64,000 bases of DNA, from positions 32,361,648 to 32,425,647 of the forward strand of contig NC_092673.1 of assembly GCF_964355755.1 (NCBI RefSeq), in the 5' to 3' direction. This document shows positions 1 to 14,900 of the stretch, in pieces (position 1 is the stretch's first letter; each line of letters begins with the position of its first letter). The translations under genes were made by a program, and so were the position numbers. The DNA is from Antedon mediterranea (taxonomy: Eukaryota > Animalia > Echinodermata). The notes under the pieces are model-generated. The model was given only the letters and a program-made list of their open reading frames with translations, searched no databases and was not told the DNA's origin.

Positions 1-1094
1 ACATATGCTTAATATCATACACATGCCATATTTACATTGTTTATTCCTGAATGAACTTTGTTACGTCAGCTGTAGTGTATCTTTCGTAGAAAATGATTTC
101 GCGTATATATTTACATATATAAGTTGTGCCCCATGCACATACATTTCACATGTTCCGGATCTAAAAATACTTTTTTACATTTATTTACTTACATTGTCAT
201 GAAGTTAAGGAAAATATGAATACGCGTTTGGACATTGAAATACGATTATTAAGAACTTTGTTTCACGGAAGCGAGTTATAATTGGGATCATATCTTCGTT
301 TGCGATTCAAATCGACATCTTTTGTCGCTTCAAACAAAATCTTCGCGTATATACACATTCAACATCTTTCATATACAGGATGCAGTTTCACACATTACAC
401 AAGTTGGAGAATTTAAAAACAAAATATTCACATTATAATCTACATATCAGTCTTGAAGATCACCAAATTCTATTAATGCTTTTGCTGGAAGCCAAATTGG
501 ACTTTTATTAATGATTCGTTTGACGTAAGAAGATGTGCCTAGCGTGAAGGCTGGTTTAGTTGCACCACCGCGTCTCGGATGAAGTAAACATCATTACCTG
601 TCTAAGAAGGTATTGCATCTATAAATTGTTTGTTCGTCTTGGCGATCCTAGTCGTTACACAATCAAGAATAGAACGATCATTTCGCGTTGTTGCCTTGCC
701 TGCCACTTACTATCAAGATGGTTTTGTTGTCTGAAGTGTATTCTACTAATGCCAGTAATGGAAATCCCGTTATCATCATGATGTGATTTGGGTGGTATAT
801 ACACTACACAAGACTACCTTGTGTGAAGGAATATTTTTCAGTTTATTTTAAAACATACTGTAGTTTTTGAATAATTCAAACTATCCTATCCTTAACTAAA
901 TTCTTCTAGTTTGAATTAAATTTTGAACAATTTCATTCAAAACTATTTTTTAATAATATAAACAAAATGATTGTACTTTTATTTGGACTAAAATACCACT
1001 ACTACCAATATGTACAATTTAGTACACATGTCCATTGAACATATTTGATTTCAAATCCAATATAAAGGTTAGTCTATGAATAATAGTAATATAA

Positions 1095-3437
<2,343 letters not shown>

Positions 3438-4568
3438 TGTATCTCTGTGTAACAACTTTAAACAGGCAGAAACCTTATCAAACTATCAACTGGCAAAGAA
3501 GATTGGATTTTGTCTACTCGTGTTTTAGAAAATTACTTAAATTATTCATAATCATAGGCTATTTTTAGCCCGTTGAATGTCCACTCAAAACTAATAGTAA
3601 TTTGTGAGCAATTATTTTGTACAAATGATGTTTCTGACTTAGTTTTGTAAAATGTTCCTTTCTGCCTTAGAATCTTGATTTTTCCACCAATATGGTGTTT
3701 TACTGGTTGTACAGCTTCTTTCTCTACACTGGAATAATTGTATTTTTTACTATGTTGCATTTAGTTTGGTTAAAATAATTATGTATATTCCAGCTTGCTT
3801 AATATTAATTTTCTGACAATTTAACCATGGTTTTTATACTAATATATTTTACTTTTCCATTGTCATGGAGTAGTGAACATAGGTAATGAAATAACTCCAG
3901 AGGGCAGCATTGTAAACTGTATAATGTAACTGAAATTAAAATGTCAAACCCACAATCATTTCTTATCTTGGTAAATATAATTATAAATGGTCGTCAGGCC
4001 TATTGTGTACAGTTGTTGAATTAGATTTACATTTTTTTTTTTCTTTTAATGTTTTCCACATTGAATAATGCTTTTCAAGCATTTTATGTGTATGTAAAGT
4101 TTTCACTAATAAAACAAACAAAAATCTCACTATTTGTAATTTTTGTTTGTTGTAATATGCATTCTAAAACAAAATTAAGTAGCTATTTGATTTAAAAAAA
4201 AAAGATTTACGAAAAAGAAAATCATTCAATCATTGGTGCAGTATTTGAGGAATTTCCAGGCATGTACTGTACATACAATGGATTATTCCCACACCTTTGA
4301 AAATTTTTTATATACAGTATTATGTAAACATGCATGTGAATCATACTAACTTAATACGTTTTATTTGTAAAAAAACATTGCCGTAGCCTGCATACGGTTT
4401 ATATCAAATGTGTGTTGCGTAACACTGGCCTATAGCCCTACAGTGAAGTGTATTCTAAGCCACTTCCTTGAAAAAGTTTTCGATTTTCACACAGCATTGT
4501 GCTAAGAAAAATTTCAAATTTTAAGCACGCTTCATTTTTAGAGTCAGTTGTGCATCAGTAATTTAAAA

Positions 4569-7489
4569 TCACTTTGCGCCTTGATGTGTGTTTACCGCAT
4601 TTTTGGTTCGCTCGTACCATGGTCCAATTTTAGTTTCACGAACCATGTCGTTAAAAGCATCGAGGCCTTCAATGGAACTCAACACACCATACACCGCCTA
4701 CAATAAAAAAAAAATTGGAAAAAGTGTTTTTAATTTAAAACAAAATGGTCTGATTCTAAAAGCGTAATTTATATTTCAATAACATTTTACCAAGTCAGCC
4801 ATGTTAGGCTCTGTTCCACCCTGGAAGGAATTTTTCCCGACGGATTTCATCCAGTCATTTGCCGCACCATACAAGGAGGATCGTACATCATCTGGTAAGT
4901 TGTATCTACAAGTTCAAATACAGTACTAAATTAGCTATGTATTTTGAAGTAGCAGTATTTTGTAAAGAAGAAAAATTTATTTTAAAACATGCATTCCCAT
5001 TTGACACACATGCACAAGTGCTTTGACCAATCACAAACACTGGTTCCAATTGTTATGTATTGTTTGAATGTTTGCATCATCTAATGTTGATATAAAGTGT
5101 GCGGTACACCACGTGTATTAGTTCTGTTCTGCTTTGATCGTCCTCATTCTCATTCCTGAAGACGATCAAACTCATATTGATCGAAACATCGAGAAACTCA
5201 ACATTTCTTTTTCATACACGTTGTGTACAGCAAACTTTATAGAACAATTGTTAGTTAGTTTCGAAGCCAAGCTTTGTACAAGATTGCAACCACAGTGTGT
5301 ATTGGATTATTATAGAACCAGGACCTCTGACAAAATAAAATTGCACTCACTTCTTTTTCAACTTTTTACTAACAAAATACATTCCAAGAGCTCCTATGTA
5401 TTGAATAACAAACTTCTCGTAACTTGTAAAGTGCGCCTTTTCCGCTATGTAACTGAACGCCTGTACGGATTCATTCCAGGTGCGATAGATATTTGGAGGA
5501 ATGTTGTGAACTAAAACATCGTCTACCCATATACGCCATTTTCTTTCAAGTCTAATATAAAGAAATTGTACAACATTATTGTTTAATTTGTAGAAATGTC
5601 ATGACAATGTATGATGAATGGCGTGTGTTGGGTAAGCAGGCATGCTGTCTTGTCGTATTCCATTTTTTAGGGTAAAGTGTGGTTGTCCAATTATTAATTA
5701 ATAGGCAGATCCCCCATCCCCAAGAAATCATACAGTATACATTTTGATTACATTAAAATATCTGTATAATATAATGTTTAATAAATTTAATTTCCATTTA
5801 TATATAGTGTATATATACAGTATTATATATATAAAAACAACAGGCAAAGAACATTAATTCTAAACCACATATAGTATATATACTGAAATTTAATTAATTA
5901 ATTTGAAACGATACAGATGAGGAAATATGTGAGAATGAGAAAAAGTCACCCCAACCGAGACTCGAACTCGGACAGTCTGCTGATTGATTGAAATATATAT
6001 TATACTGGGTAACCTCTTCAGTCAAAGACTGGTCTCCCAGAGGGCCCAGTTGGTGATCAGTGGCTATGATGTACTAATACACTAATACACTGCTTGATAT
6101 GCAGCTGTCCTAACCATTAGACCACTGGGGCTTTCATGGTATTGTTCAAACTCGATTGGATAGCGACTCTTTAACATTCTCGGCGTGGATAATATATATT
6201 ATATATTTTGTAGGTTTCTACTTATAAGCTATGCTATGCAGAGATTCCCCATTTCCATTCTTTTCTCTTTGTACTATGCTTATTTATGATGAATGGAAAT
6301 AAAAAAAAGTAATGAATAAATACTGCTATCAGAACTTTCATTACTTCATTTCATTTGTTTTTCCGGGTTTTCCCAGCATAATTTCATGACGATTACTGTA
6401 TTCCACAACTTTCCGGCTCATCCATCCCTTTGACTCGGTTTCAATTTTGGGGTAATACGTAACAATTTGACGAAGATCTTGATCCGTAAGCAGGAAGCTC
6501 TTCAAGGAGCTTATAATTACTGATGAATCATTCATTTGCTGAAAGTGAATTTAATCAAATTACTGTATTTAAAAAATTTATTTTATGGTAATAAAAAACA
6601 CCATGGACTAAAGAATAATAATATGCTTTACTCCATGAAAACACGCATTAGATCATCTATAATTACTTAACTAGGCCTATATCAAATAGTCGACAGCCAG
6701 TTTAGATTTTTTAATCAATTAAATTTTAATCTAACCCCTAACATCACTTAATAACAATTTATTTTATAAAAATGCGAATTTTATTGGCGGCCATAAATTA
6801 TTTATACTGTTGCATTTGCTGATTATATAAAATGTTATTAACAATAAACATTAATAAATACAATTTTAATTAGTTAATATTTGTTAATTTATTATTTAAA
6901 TATGAAATATAATTTAATTTAAAGGTTGAAAACTATATACCACTTGTTCATCTTCTTTGGCTCCTTCATACACAAGTATTGGAACTTTCCGATACACAGA
7001 AAACTTAAGTTCTTTTCTAAAAATAGGATCGACTTCAACTATGTTGTAGGATAAACCATGATAGTCCAGAAATGCTCGGACTTTACAGCAAAATGGACAA
7101 ACTTGATATTGGTACAATGTAAGCTTAAGACCTGTTGTATCAGTTTGTCTGGTGATATGTTCAATTTCACGCGCCTGTACGACACTAAGCCCTGAAGAAA
7201 AGAAACTTGCACTCGCGCCTAGGCCTAGGCCCCTTTCCGTAACAACCGACACGCGATTCCATAAGCTCCGGCCCCACGAAACTCCACCGATAGTGGCGGC
7301 TGTACCGAAGGTGAGTAGGCTAGCTCTAATAACATTAGATTTGTTGATGTTTAAATTATCATTGCTAAATCTATTAAATGATAACTGCCTGTTATTTCCA
7401 AGAAATATATTATGGTGATTTTTCTTTAAGATATAATTACGCCGAACAAGACTACGAAGAAAAACATTCTGACAACTGGAGGCTGCCAT
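4569..7489 (-). CDS. PTGES2: Prostaglandin E synthase 2 (mPGES-2; glutaredoxin/GST fold), 5 exons, 395 aa
   Basis: Exons 7489-6941 (LTLYQYQVCPFCCKVRAFLDYHGL...YRKVPIL, CxxC motif), 6538-6345 (QMNDSSVIISSL), 5551-5351 (ERKWRIWVDDVLVHNIPPNIYRT), 4905-4791 (DDVRSSLY...GGTEPNMADL), 4697-4569 (AVYGVLSSIEGLDAFNDM...IGPWYER, TGA). Phases are consistent and the total is 1188 nt. Confidence 0.96.
6005..6090 (-). mobile_element. SINE 3'-end fragment, same family as 50765-50925
   Basis: cttcagtcaaagactggtctcccagagggcccagtt..gatcagtggct.tgatgtactaatac is almost identical to 50776-50840. It interrupts a degenerate tRNA-like segment (gagactcgaactc ... taaccattagacca). Confidence 0.55.
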
Positions 7490-8162
7490 GTTTCCAGAAT
7501 CACGTGGTTGTTTTGTTGTTGTATAAAATTCATATTTATTCTTAAACTTAAAAGTGTATAATAATTTACTGTTGGATTATTTGTTAAAATTTAAAATTAC
7601 AGTGTTATCAAATAATTATTTTAATATATTTCTTTATTTTTTTATGTTTATACAATAAATAATATATATTATTTGATTTATTTTCACGACAAGACTGACC
7701 TCACGCAGTGTGTGGTAATCAATGTATGGTACTCTGGGCAAAGAACTTATATAACACAAGAATCTCCTGTTCGCGATTTTTTTTTCCGTACGAGAGTTCC
7801 TCCGTCGGTTCGTTTCGGACTCAATCGACTCTTCGGTAAGCCACCGATACTCACTGATGCGTGACAGCAACCACAAAACGTGAGCAGCTTCTTTAGGCCT
7901 TACGGTGAAGATGAAAACATTTTTTCTTGTTCCTCATTAAGCATAATAAGTGAACTCTCTTGATTCATATACATAAAAATAAATTAATCACGTATTAAAA
8001 AGTTCCACGAAAATTTTCCTGACATTTTAAAGAAATCTTGATTTTAAAAGTATAAAAGAATATATTTTCGCAGTTGCCATTTTGTATCACATGACATCAG
8101 TTAAACCAATCATACGCGACGTTTAGGCAGCAGACGTCAAAATCACACGATGTAAACACGAA

Positions 8163-10283
8163 ATGGCGTCCGACGAGGAAGGATCTTCTCGCTTAGACAA
8201 AGTAAAGTTGAAATGTTTTTTCCAAATTTACAAGCATTCAAATGAAATTATCAGTCCAATTACTGAGATTCGATGGAATAAAGTGTTGCTCTGTCCAAAG
8301 AGTTGGATAAAATTAGATGGAGACGGCAAGGAAATCGCCATACATTTGACGGAGCTTCTTGGTATGTCTGATGAAGGTAAATCGTTTGACGATGTCGTAC
8401 GCGAGCATCCAGGCTTAGGTTTTCATGCTACCTGTTACAGGCGATATACTGATACATCTCGACTAAAAAAGGTAATATTTGGTTTCGATTATTATCAGAA
8501 TACTCTAAGAGTTAATAATATAGTTAAATGATACAGTATATAGGGTGCTACTGATCTATATATCTATAGATAGGCCTAGATCTATATTGTGCTCTTAGAG
8601 TTTCTGTGCTTGGTTGTTGATTGGGCTTTCTACTACTGTAGTACCAGTACTACTACGTAGGCCTAGGCCCTAGGCCATATTATATTATACAGTATATATT
8701 ATTCAGTAGGCTACACAATTAATTTTAGTTAAATACCAATATAGGCTCTATATTCTGGAAAGTGAGTAAAACGTAACTTTCTAAAACTCTTGTTGGTTTT
8801 TTGAATTTACATTTTGAATTTTTTTTTTTATTTGCTTCAGTCTAAATGTTGAATTTTTAAACACCAAAATCTATAAAATATTAAAATATATTTTAATAAT
8901 ATTTATTATTATTTACAGGGAATTGGAAAGTGTTTTTTTAACATATAAGCAAAGCTATAAGGTATTTTGCAGAGATGTAATTGATAAACGGTTACAGTAT
9001 GGACAGGAGATACCAAGACTCGCAAAACTCCAAAAGCTTTTCATGAAATCAATTGAAAAAACAGAAAATGTTTACTTGTCAACTATAAGGTAGGCTGTCG
9101 ATCTCTTCTTAAAAACGATGAAATAATTGTAATATTTTTGAGATCCAGTTACTGTAATAATTTCTTCATTGTATCTGTGTAACAATTAATTATAATCAAT
9201 TAATCTGTTATTTATAGATCAGACGTGTTGAAGAAGAAGCTCAGGATGGATTATCCTAACCTAATTTTTCATTCACCCACAAGAAGGTTAGTTGCTTAGT
9301 GTGTTTATATTAAATGATTATTTCACCAGGGATAATTTAAAAAAAAATCTTTTTGTGGATTGGTCAAACTAAATATTTTGTTTATTTTTTCTTAATTAGA
9401 AATGAATCAGTTCTGGTGTACTTTAGCAATGTATCCCCTGGATTTGTGGCTGATCCATTTTTGTCATCAGGAAAAAGTACAACGGAGACAGATGAATCAT
9501 CAGAGTATGACATAGATATTCCAACTACTTCTACAACACACAAAATCTCCACTGATGGTGACAATAGAGACAAACTAAGGACTCTATATTTTGCAGGTAC
9601 GGTTAAAATACAATAACTTGTATATATTGGTTTATTTTTAAATAACAACAATAAATGTTATTGCATAATTAAGGAAATGCTGTGGATCAAAGAGGTGAAA
9701 GCTGTATGCACTCAAAAAACAAAACTGTTATGATAGTAAGTGGTGTCGATCATAAATGCTGTACACAATACAGTATATGCTTTATATAAATTTATTATTA
9801 CTATGTTTCATTCATCGAATGCTATAAAATATACTTGCAGGTACGATAGTAAATAATGCCATCAAATCAAACAAAGGTATGCAGAGTGAATGGCCTCCAA
9901 GAGCAGCAGACATTAATGATGTTGACATATCTGAAATTGTGCCATATGAGTTGTTTAATCTAATCGCAAAGTGTGTTGGTGCTGCAGAAGATACTATACA
10001 AACCTCATTTTCAGATGTTACTGAAGAAACTCGAACGAAAATTTTATCGATATGCCAGGAAATCCTGTACCTTGGAAAGGAAGAAGGCAGACTCCAAAGT
10101 CACTTGCTCTAGGATTAACTGTTCGAGTGTGAATGAGATGAGTGTGAAAACAGGACAAGAGAAGAAGAAGAAGAAAAAGAAGACACACCAGACTATGGCA
10201 TTGAAGATGATGAATTAGACTATGATGAATTGGACTATGAGGAATTAGACTATATGAGGAAGATGAATATGAAATATACTGTA
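8163..10283 (+). pseudogene. Spliced Academ-type transposase remnant, frameshifted, catalytic core deleted
   Basis: Exon-like blocks 8163-8471 (WIKLDG...GFHATCYRRYT), ~8919-9089 (YKVFCRDVIDKRL), ~9218-9286 (LKKKLRMDYPNLIF), ~9400-9596, 9841-~10125 (WPPRAAD..VPYELFNLIA..KILSICQEILYL, then shifted frame GRRQTPKSLALGLTVR). This is fused to ECEN plus an acidic tail, resembling the end of the Cys-rich C-terminus. Family recognised from memory of motifs only. Confidence 0.68.
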
Positions 10284-10439
10284 GTTTATACGGTTTTGAA
10301 TGCAACAAAATCATCATAAAAAGTAACTGTAATGTAATAGGCCTACACTATAACCAATGTGAAACACTACCATGGTTAAGCAAACAGAAACTGTGAGCAT
10401 GTGAATAAAAAAAAAGATTTAAAAAAAATGAAAACAAAA

Positions 10440-10730
10440 TGGAAACCATGAGAATATAAATAAATAATATAACCATGAGAATATAATAATAAAAACTGTA
10501 ACCATGAGAATATAAATAAATAATGTAACCATGAGAATATAATAATAAAAACTGTAACCATGAGAATATAAATAAATAATGTAACCATGAGAATATAATA
10601 ATAAAAACTGTAACCATGAGAATATAAAGAAAAATAGTAACTATGAGAATATAAAGAAATTGTGTAACCATTAAAAGAAATTGTGTAACCATGAGAATAT
10701 AAAGAAAAATATTAACCATGAGAATAAATA
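10440..10730. repeat. Minisatellite, ~26-30-bp unit aaccatgagaatataa..., about 10 copies, inside the Academ-like element
   Basis: Repeated taaccatgagaatataa(a/t) with two alternating spacers. It accounts for the spurious ORFs at 10348-10752 and 10376-10588. Confidence 0.9.
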
Positions 10731-11960
10731 CAATTACATTGAAACAAAACAAATATTTGATGTTTGTATTTTATTTAATAATTTAAATTTACTATTGCAT
10801 TGGTGTTTATTACTAGGAATATGTGTTCTATATTTTTCACAGTTAAATCATATCAGTCACTATGTACATCCTACGGTATAAACTTAGCATTATTGCTGCT
10901 GTATTTCTACTGCTATTAATAGCCTACCTGTCGGGAGAAACCATTATACGAACAGTTGAAGCCATTTGTAATTATAAATGTTTTAATGTCGGGGGATAAT
11001 TATTAACTCTAAATTTCAATTTTAGAGTTAATATAAATTTGTATTCACCAAATTTATTTAAAAAAATAAAGAATAAATCTATTTTGATAATAAATAACTT
11101 GCCTATATATTTCTTATAAACCGTGAAAATAATAGTACAGTCTAGTTATAGTGCGCCACCAGTTGTTTCAGCCTCGCTATTTCGTAAGAAATCGTTGGCA
11201 TATTTACCAACTTTAACGGTAATTTTCTACCAAACGCCAGGTATTTTTTTGTGGAACTTTTACTTTTTGTACTATTAGTATTTATTTAGAACAGAATATG
11301 TGGTAAAAAAGTATTATGCTTGATGAGGAACGGGATTGCTTTTCCAGGCATCATTTCAGCTTCGCCGTAAGGCCTACTTTGCACGAGTGACAAATTTATA
11401 CATACTATACTAGAGGCCTAATACTATACTCACTGTAAATATAATAGTAAATATTAATAGTAGTACTGAACGTCATTGTAATAATAATAATAGTCCTAGA
11501 ATTTTAATAATATAATACTGTATAGGCAGCCACAAACCAATGTATGTACACCATCAGATTCACAAACAGTAACACACACACACAGCAGCAGCACTTTGTT
11601 GGTCGTCACACTAGCAACTTAGGCCAGCTAGCCTAGCCCTACGTACGTGTGCTTCAATGTAGTACATTCCATCTACAGTACTATTTTTTATTTTAATAAA
11701 ATGAAGTAGTAGGTTAGAAATTATATGTACAGAAGTAACACTAACAGATGTTTTTATCAAAAAAATTACAATTTTCTTCAGGTTTTTAAGTGTAACATTT
11801 GAAAAATTGTATACATTTAGGCCTAGTATTAGTAACATGTATTCTTGTAAGTTGTAATGTATAGAAACACATGCTTGCTTATAAAGCGTTTAATATCGTG
11901 TTAATTTAATAATTGATGATAGTATCACATATAATTATAAGCTTCCTGGAAAATGTGTTA

Positions 11961-14900
11961 TTAGGTGATCATTTAGAATAAAATGATCACCTATTGTTAT
12001 TGTATGAAATCTTTATTGGTTATCCGCAACGAAGTTGCAGGATAACCTCTTGTGATTGTACGAAATCATCATCATTGGTTATCCGCAACGAAGTTGCAGG
12101 ATAACCTCTTGTGATTGTACGAAATCATCATCATTGGTTATCCGCAACGAAGTTGCAGGATAACCTCTTGTGATTGTACGAAATCATCATCATCATCATC
12201 ATCATCAACTTTTTATTCTTCTTCTTTCTTTCTGTATGATTTTTGTGTAACGCTTTTCTCTGAAACTTGCAAACATAACATTTTGTTAACTATGTTAACA
12301 TTTTGACATTTATGTAACGTCGTCAAGCGAAGCTTTTCATGATGTTTACAATTGCGCAACGTGACGTACGCGCGATTTAACGATTTTCTCGTATTTAACA
12401 TATGTCAAAAACCAAATAACATTTCAACTTGAAACTTTGCAAAAGTTTAATTTATATCATGCGCTAACTTTCTGTTGAAAAAAAATTGCGTGTTTTACAC
12501 AAAGTTACGCGCGCACGCGCATTTAAAATTTCAAAATGCGCGAAATTAATTTATAATCAACTTTCTACGCGTTTCATGTCGTTTTAAGCATGTCAAAAAT
12601 TCCCACGCGTGCGCACATTTTTACGTGTGCGGTGCGCACGTAGCATTGAAAACGTATTTTTTTCGCGTGATTTATGTTTTTCCAGCCTTTTCATGTAATT
12701 TTACCAAATTTTTAACAATTTCGACTTAAAGATACGTCATACGAGCACGTCGAATTGGACAATTTGCGCGCGTTTTTTATGAAAAGGTTAAAAAATTCGT
12801 TTAAAATATGCCTTTTTTTAAACAGTCGTAATTTCTAAACTAGACGGTCAACTTTTTGTGGATGGCATATTCTGGAAGTAGATGAGTTGTAGATATCGGA
12901 TCAGGTATTAATATGGCTAACCGGACATTGTGACGTCATCGTATGGCCACGCGAATATAAAATTTAGGATTTTTGTATCTTTCGTCATAGGTCATCACAT
13001 TGAATAGAGCGCATCTCCACTTATCCGTTTTCCATTTTCACCCCGATTTTGATATTGTCTAGGTCAATCAACTATCTTTCGCATGAGTGAAAAATATTTT
13101 AATTTTTATGACGTCATCATGCCTAAAAATTGAAATCACGTGTGGCATCAATTTCATCTTTACAGTAAATTTTAATCTGTTATAGCTCGTAAGAATAAAA
13201 TGTGATAATCACGATTAAAACTTTTTCTGGAAGCTATTGGATTGTAGATACGAAATTATGTCAAAATGTTGCCAATCGGATGTTGTGACGTCATCATATG
13301 GCCAGTTAAATAAAAAAGGTCGTATTTTCATCTTTTGCGTCATAATTCATTACATTTAAAAGAGCGCGCATCAATATTTCACGTATTCAAATTTCTTCTA
13401 CACGCTAATACGTTGTTGCTGAGATAATTTCCTTTCGGAATTGCTACCTTCGCGTTTCATTTTAAAACCGTCAACATGTTAAAAATTGCAATAAATAGCG
13501 GGTCCCGTAATTTCACCTATTCTACACTGTATGTGATATGGATACAGATTATACTGTGTATACTATATATGAATTTAAACAATAAAATTCAGCAATAACA
13601 ACATATCATATTCTTCAGTTCAGGTCATAATGCCAACGTGAACACTTCCTTTTGTCCTCAACCATCCCCTTAATGTTAATGTTGCACCACTTGCGCGGCG
13701 GATAACCAAACTCGTCAAAGTGACGAGTTACATGTCTAGTCTTTTTCTTAATCTTCTTTCTTTCTGTATGATTTTTGTGTAACGCTTTTCTCTAAAACTT
13801 GCAAACATAACATTTTGTTAACTATGTTAACATTTTGACATTTATGTAACGTCGTCAAGCGAAGCTTTTCATGATGTTTACAATCGCGCAACGTGACGTA
13901 CGCGCGATTTAACGATTTTCTCGTATTTAACATATGTCGAAAACCAAATAACATTTTAAAGTGAAACTTTGCAAAAGTTTAATTTATATCATGCGCTAAC
14001 CTTCTGTTGAAAAAAAATTGCGTGTTTTACACAAAGTTACGCGCGCACGCGCATTTAAAATTTCAAAATGCGCAAAATTAATTTCTAATCAACTTTCTAC
14101 GCGTTTCATGTCGGTTTAAGCATGTCAAAAATTCCCACGCATGCGCACAATTTTACGTGTGCGGAGCGCACGTAGCATTGAAAACGTATTTTTTTCGCGT
14201 GATTTATGTTTTTCCAGCCTTTTCTAGTAATTTTACCAAATTTTAAACAATTTTGACTTAAAGATACGTCATAAGAGCACGTCGAATTGGACAATTTGCG
14301 CGCGTTTTTTATGAAAACGTTAAAAAATTCGTTTAAAATATGCCTTTTTTAAAACAGTCGTAATTTCTAAACTAAACGGTCAACTTTTTGTGGATGGCAT
14401 TTTCTGGAAGTAAATGAGTTGTAGATATTGGATCAGGTATTAATATGGCTAACCGGACATTGTGATGTCATCGTATGGCCACGCAAATATAAAATTTAGG
14501 ATTTTGTATCTTTCGTCATAGCTCATCACATTGAATAGAGCGCATCTCCACTTATCCGTTTTCCATTTTCACCCTGATTTTGATATTGTCTAGGTCAATC
14601 AACTATCTTTCGCATGAGTTAAAAATATTTTAATTTTTTTTACGTCATCGTGCTTAAAAATTTAAATCACGTGTGGCATTAATTTCATCTTTACAGTAAA
14701 TTTTAATCTGTTATAGCTCGTAAGAATAAAATGTGATAATCACGATTAAAACTTTTTCTGGAAGCTATTGGACTGTAGATACGAAATTATGTAAAAATGT
14801 TGCCAATCGGATGTTGTGACGTCATCATATGGCCAGTTAAATAAAAAAGGTCGTATTTTCATCTTTTGCGTCATAATTCATTACATTTAAACGAGCGCGC

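Larger units (their letters stand above)
7894..11376 (+). mobile_element. Academ-like DNA transposon, internally deleted (3483 bp)
   Basis: Ends taggccttacggtgaagatgaaa / tttcagcttcgccgtaaggccta. Imperfect TIR extends ~130 bp (gttcctcattaagcataata / tattatgcttgatgaggaac; aaaagttccac / gtggaactttt). Exact 3-bp TSD CTT at 7891-7893 and 11377-11379. Contains transposase remnants. Confidence 0.82.

Noticed and set aside
5134-5514. 126-aa plus-strand ORF
   Set aside because: Largely the antisense shadow of PTGES2 exon 3 and its intron.
7673-7864. Similar peptides here and at 23660-23932 (DFFFRTRVPPSVRFGLNRL)
   Set aside because: Translation of the outer element's inverted repeats, not a duplicated gene.
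12016-12192. Three 59-bp hairpin-containing repeats resembling a CRISPR array
   Set aside because: There are no unique spacers or cas genes and the context is eukaryotic. They are the 5' heads of the Helitron-like elements.
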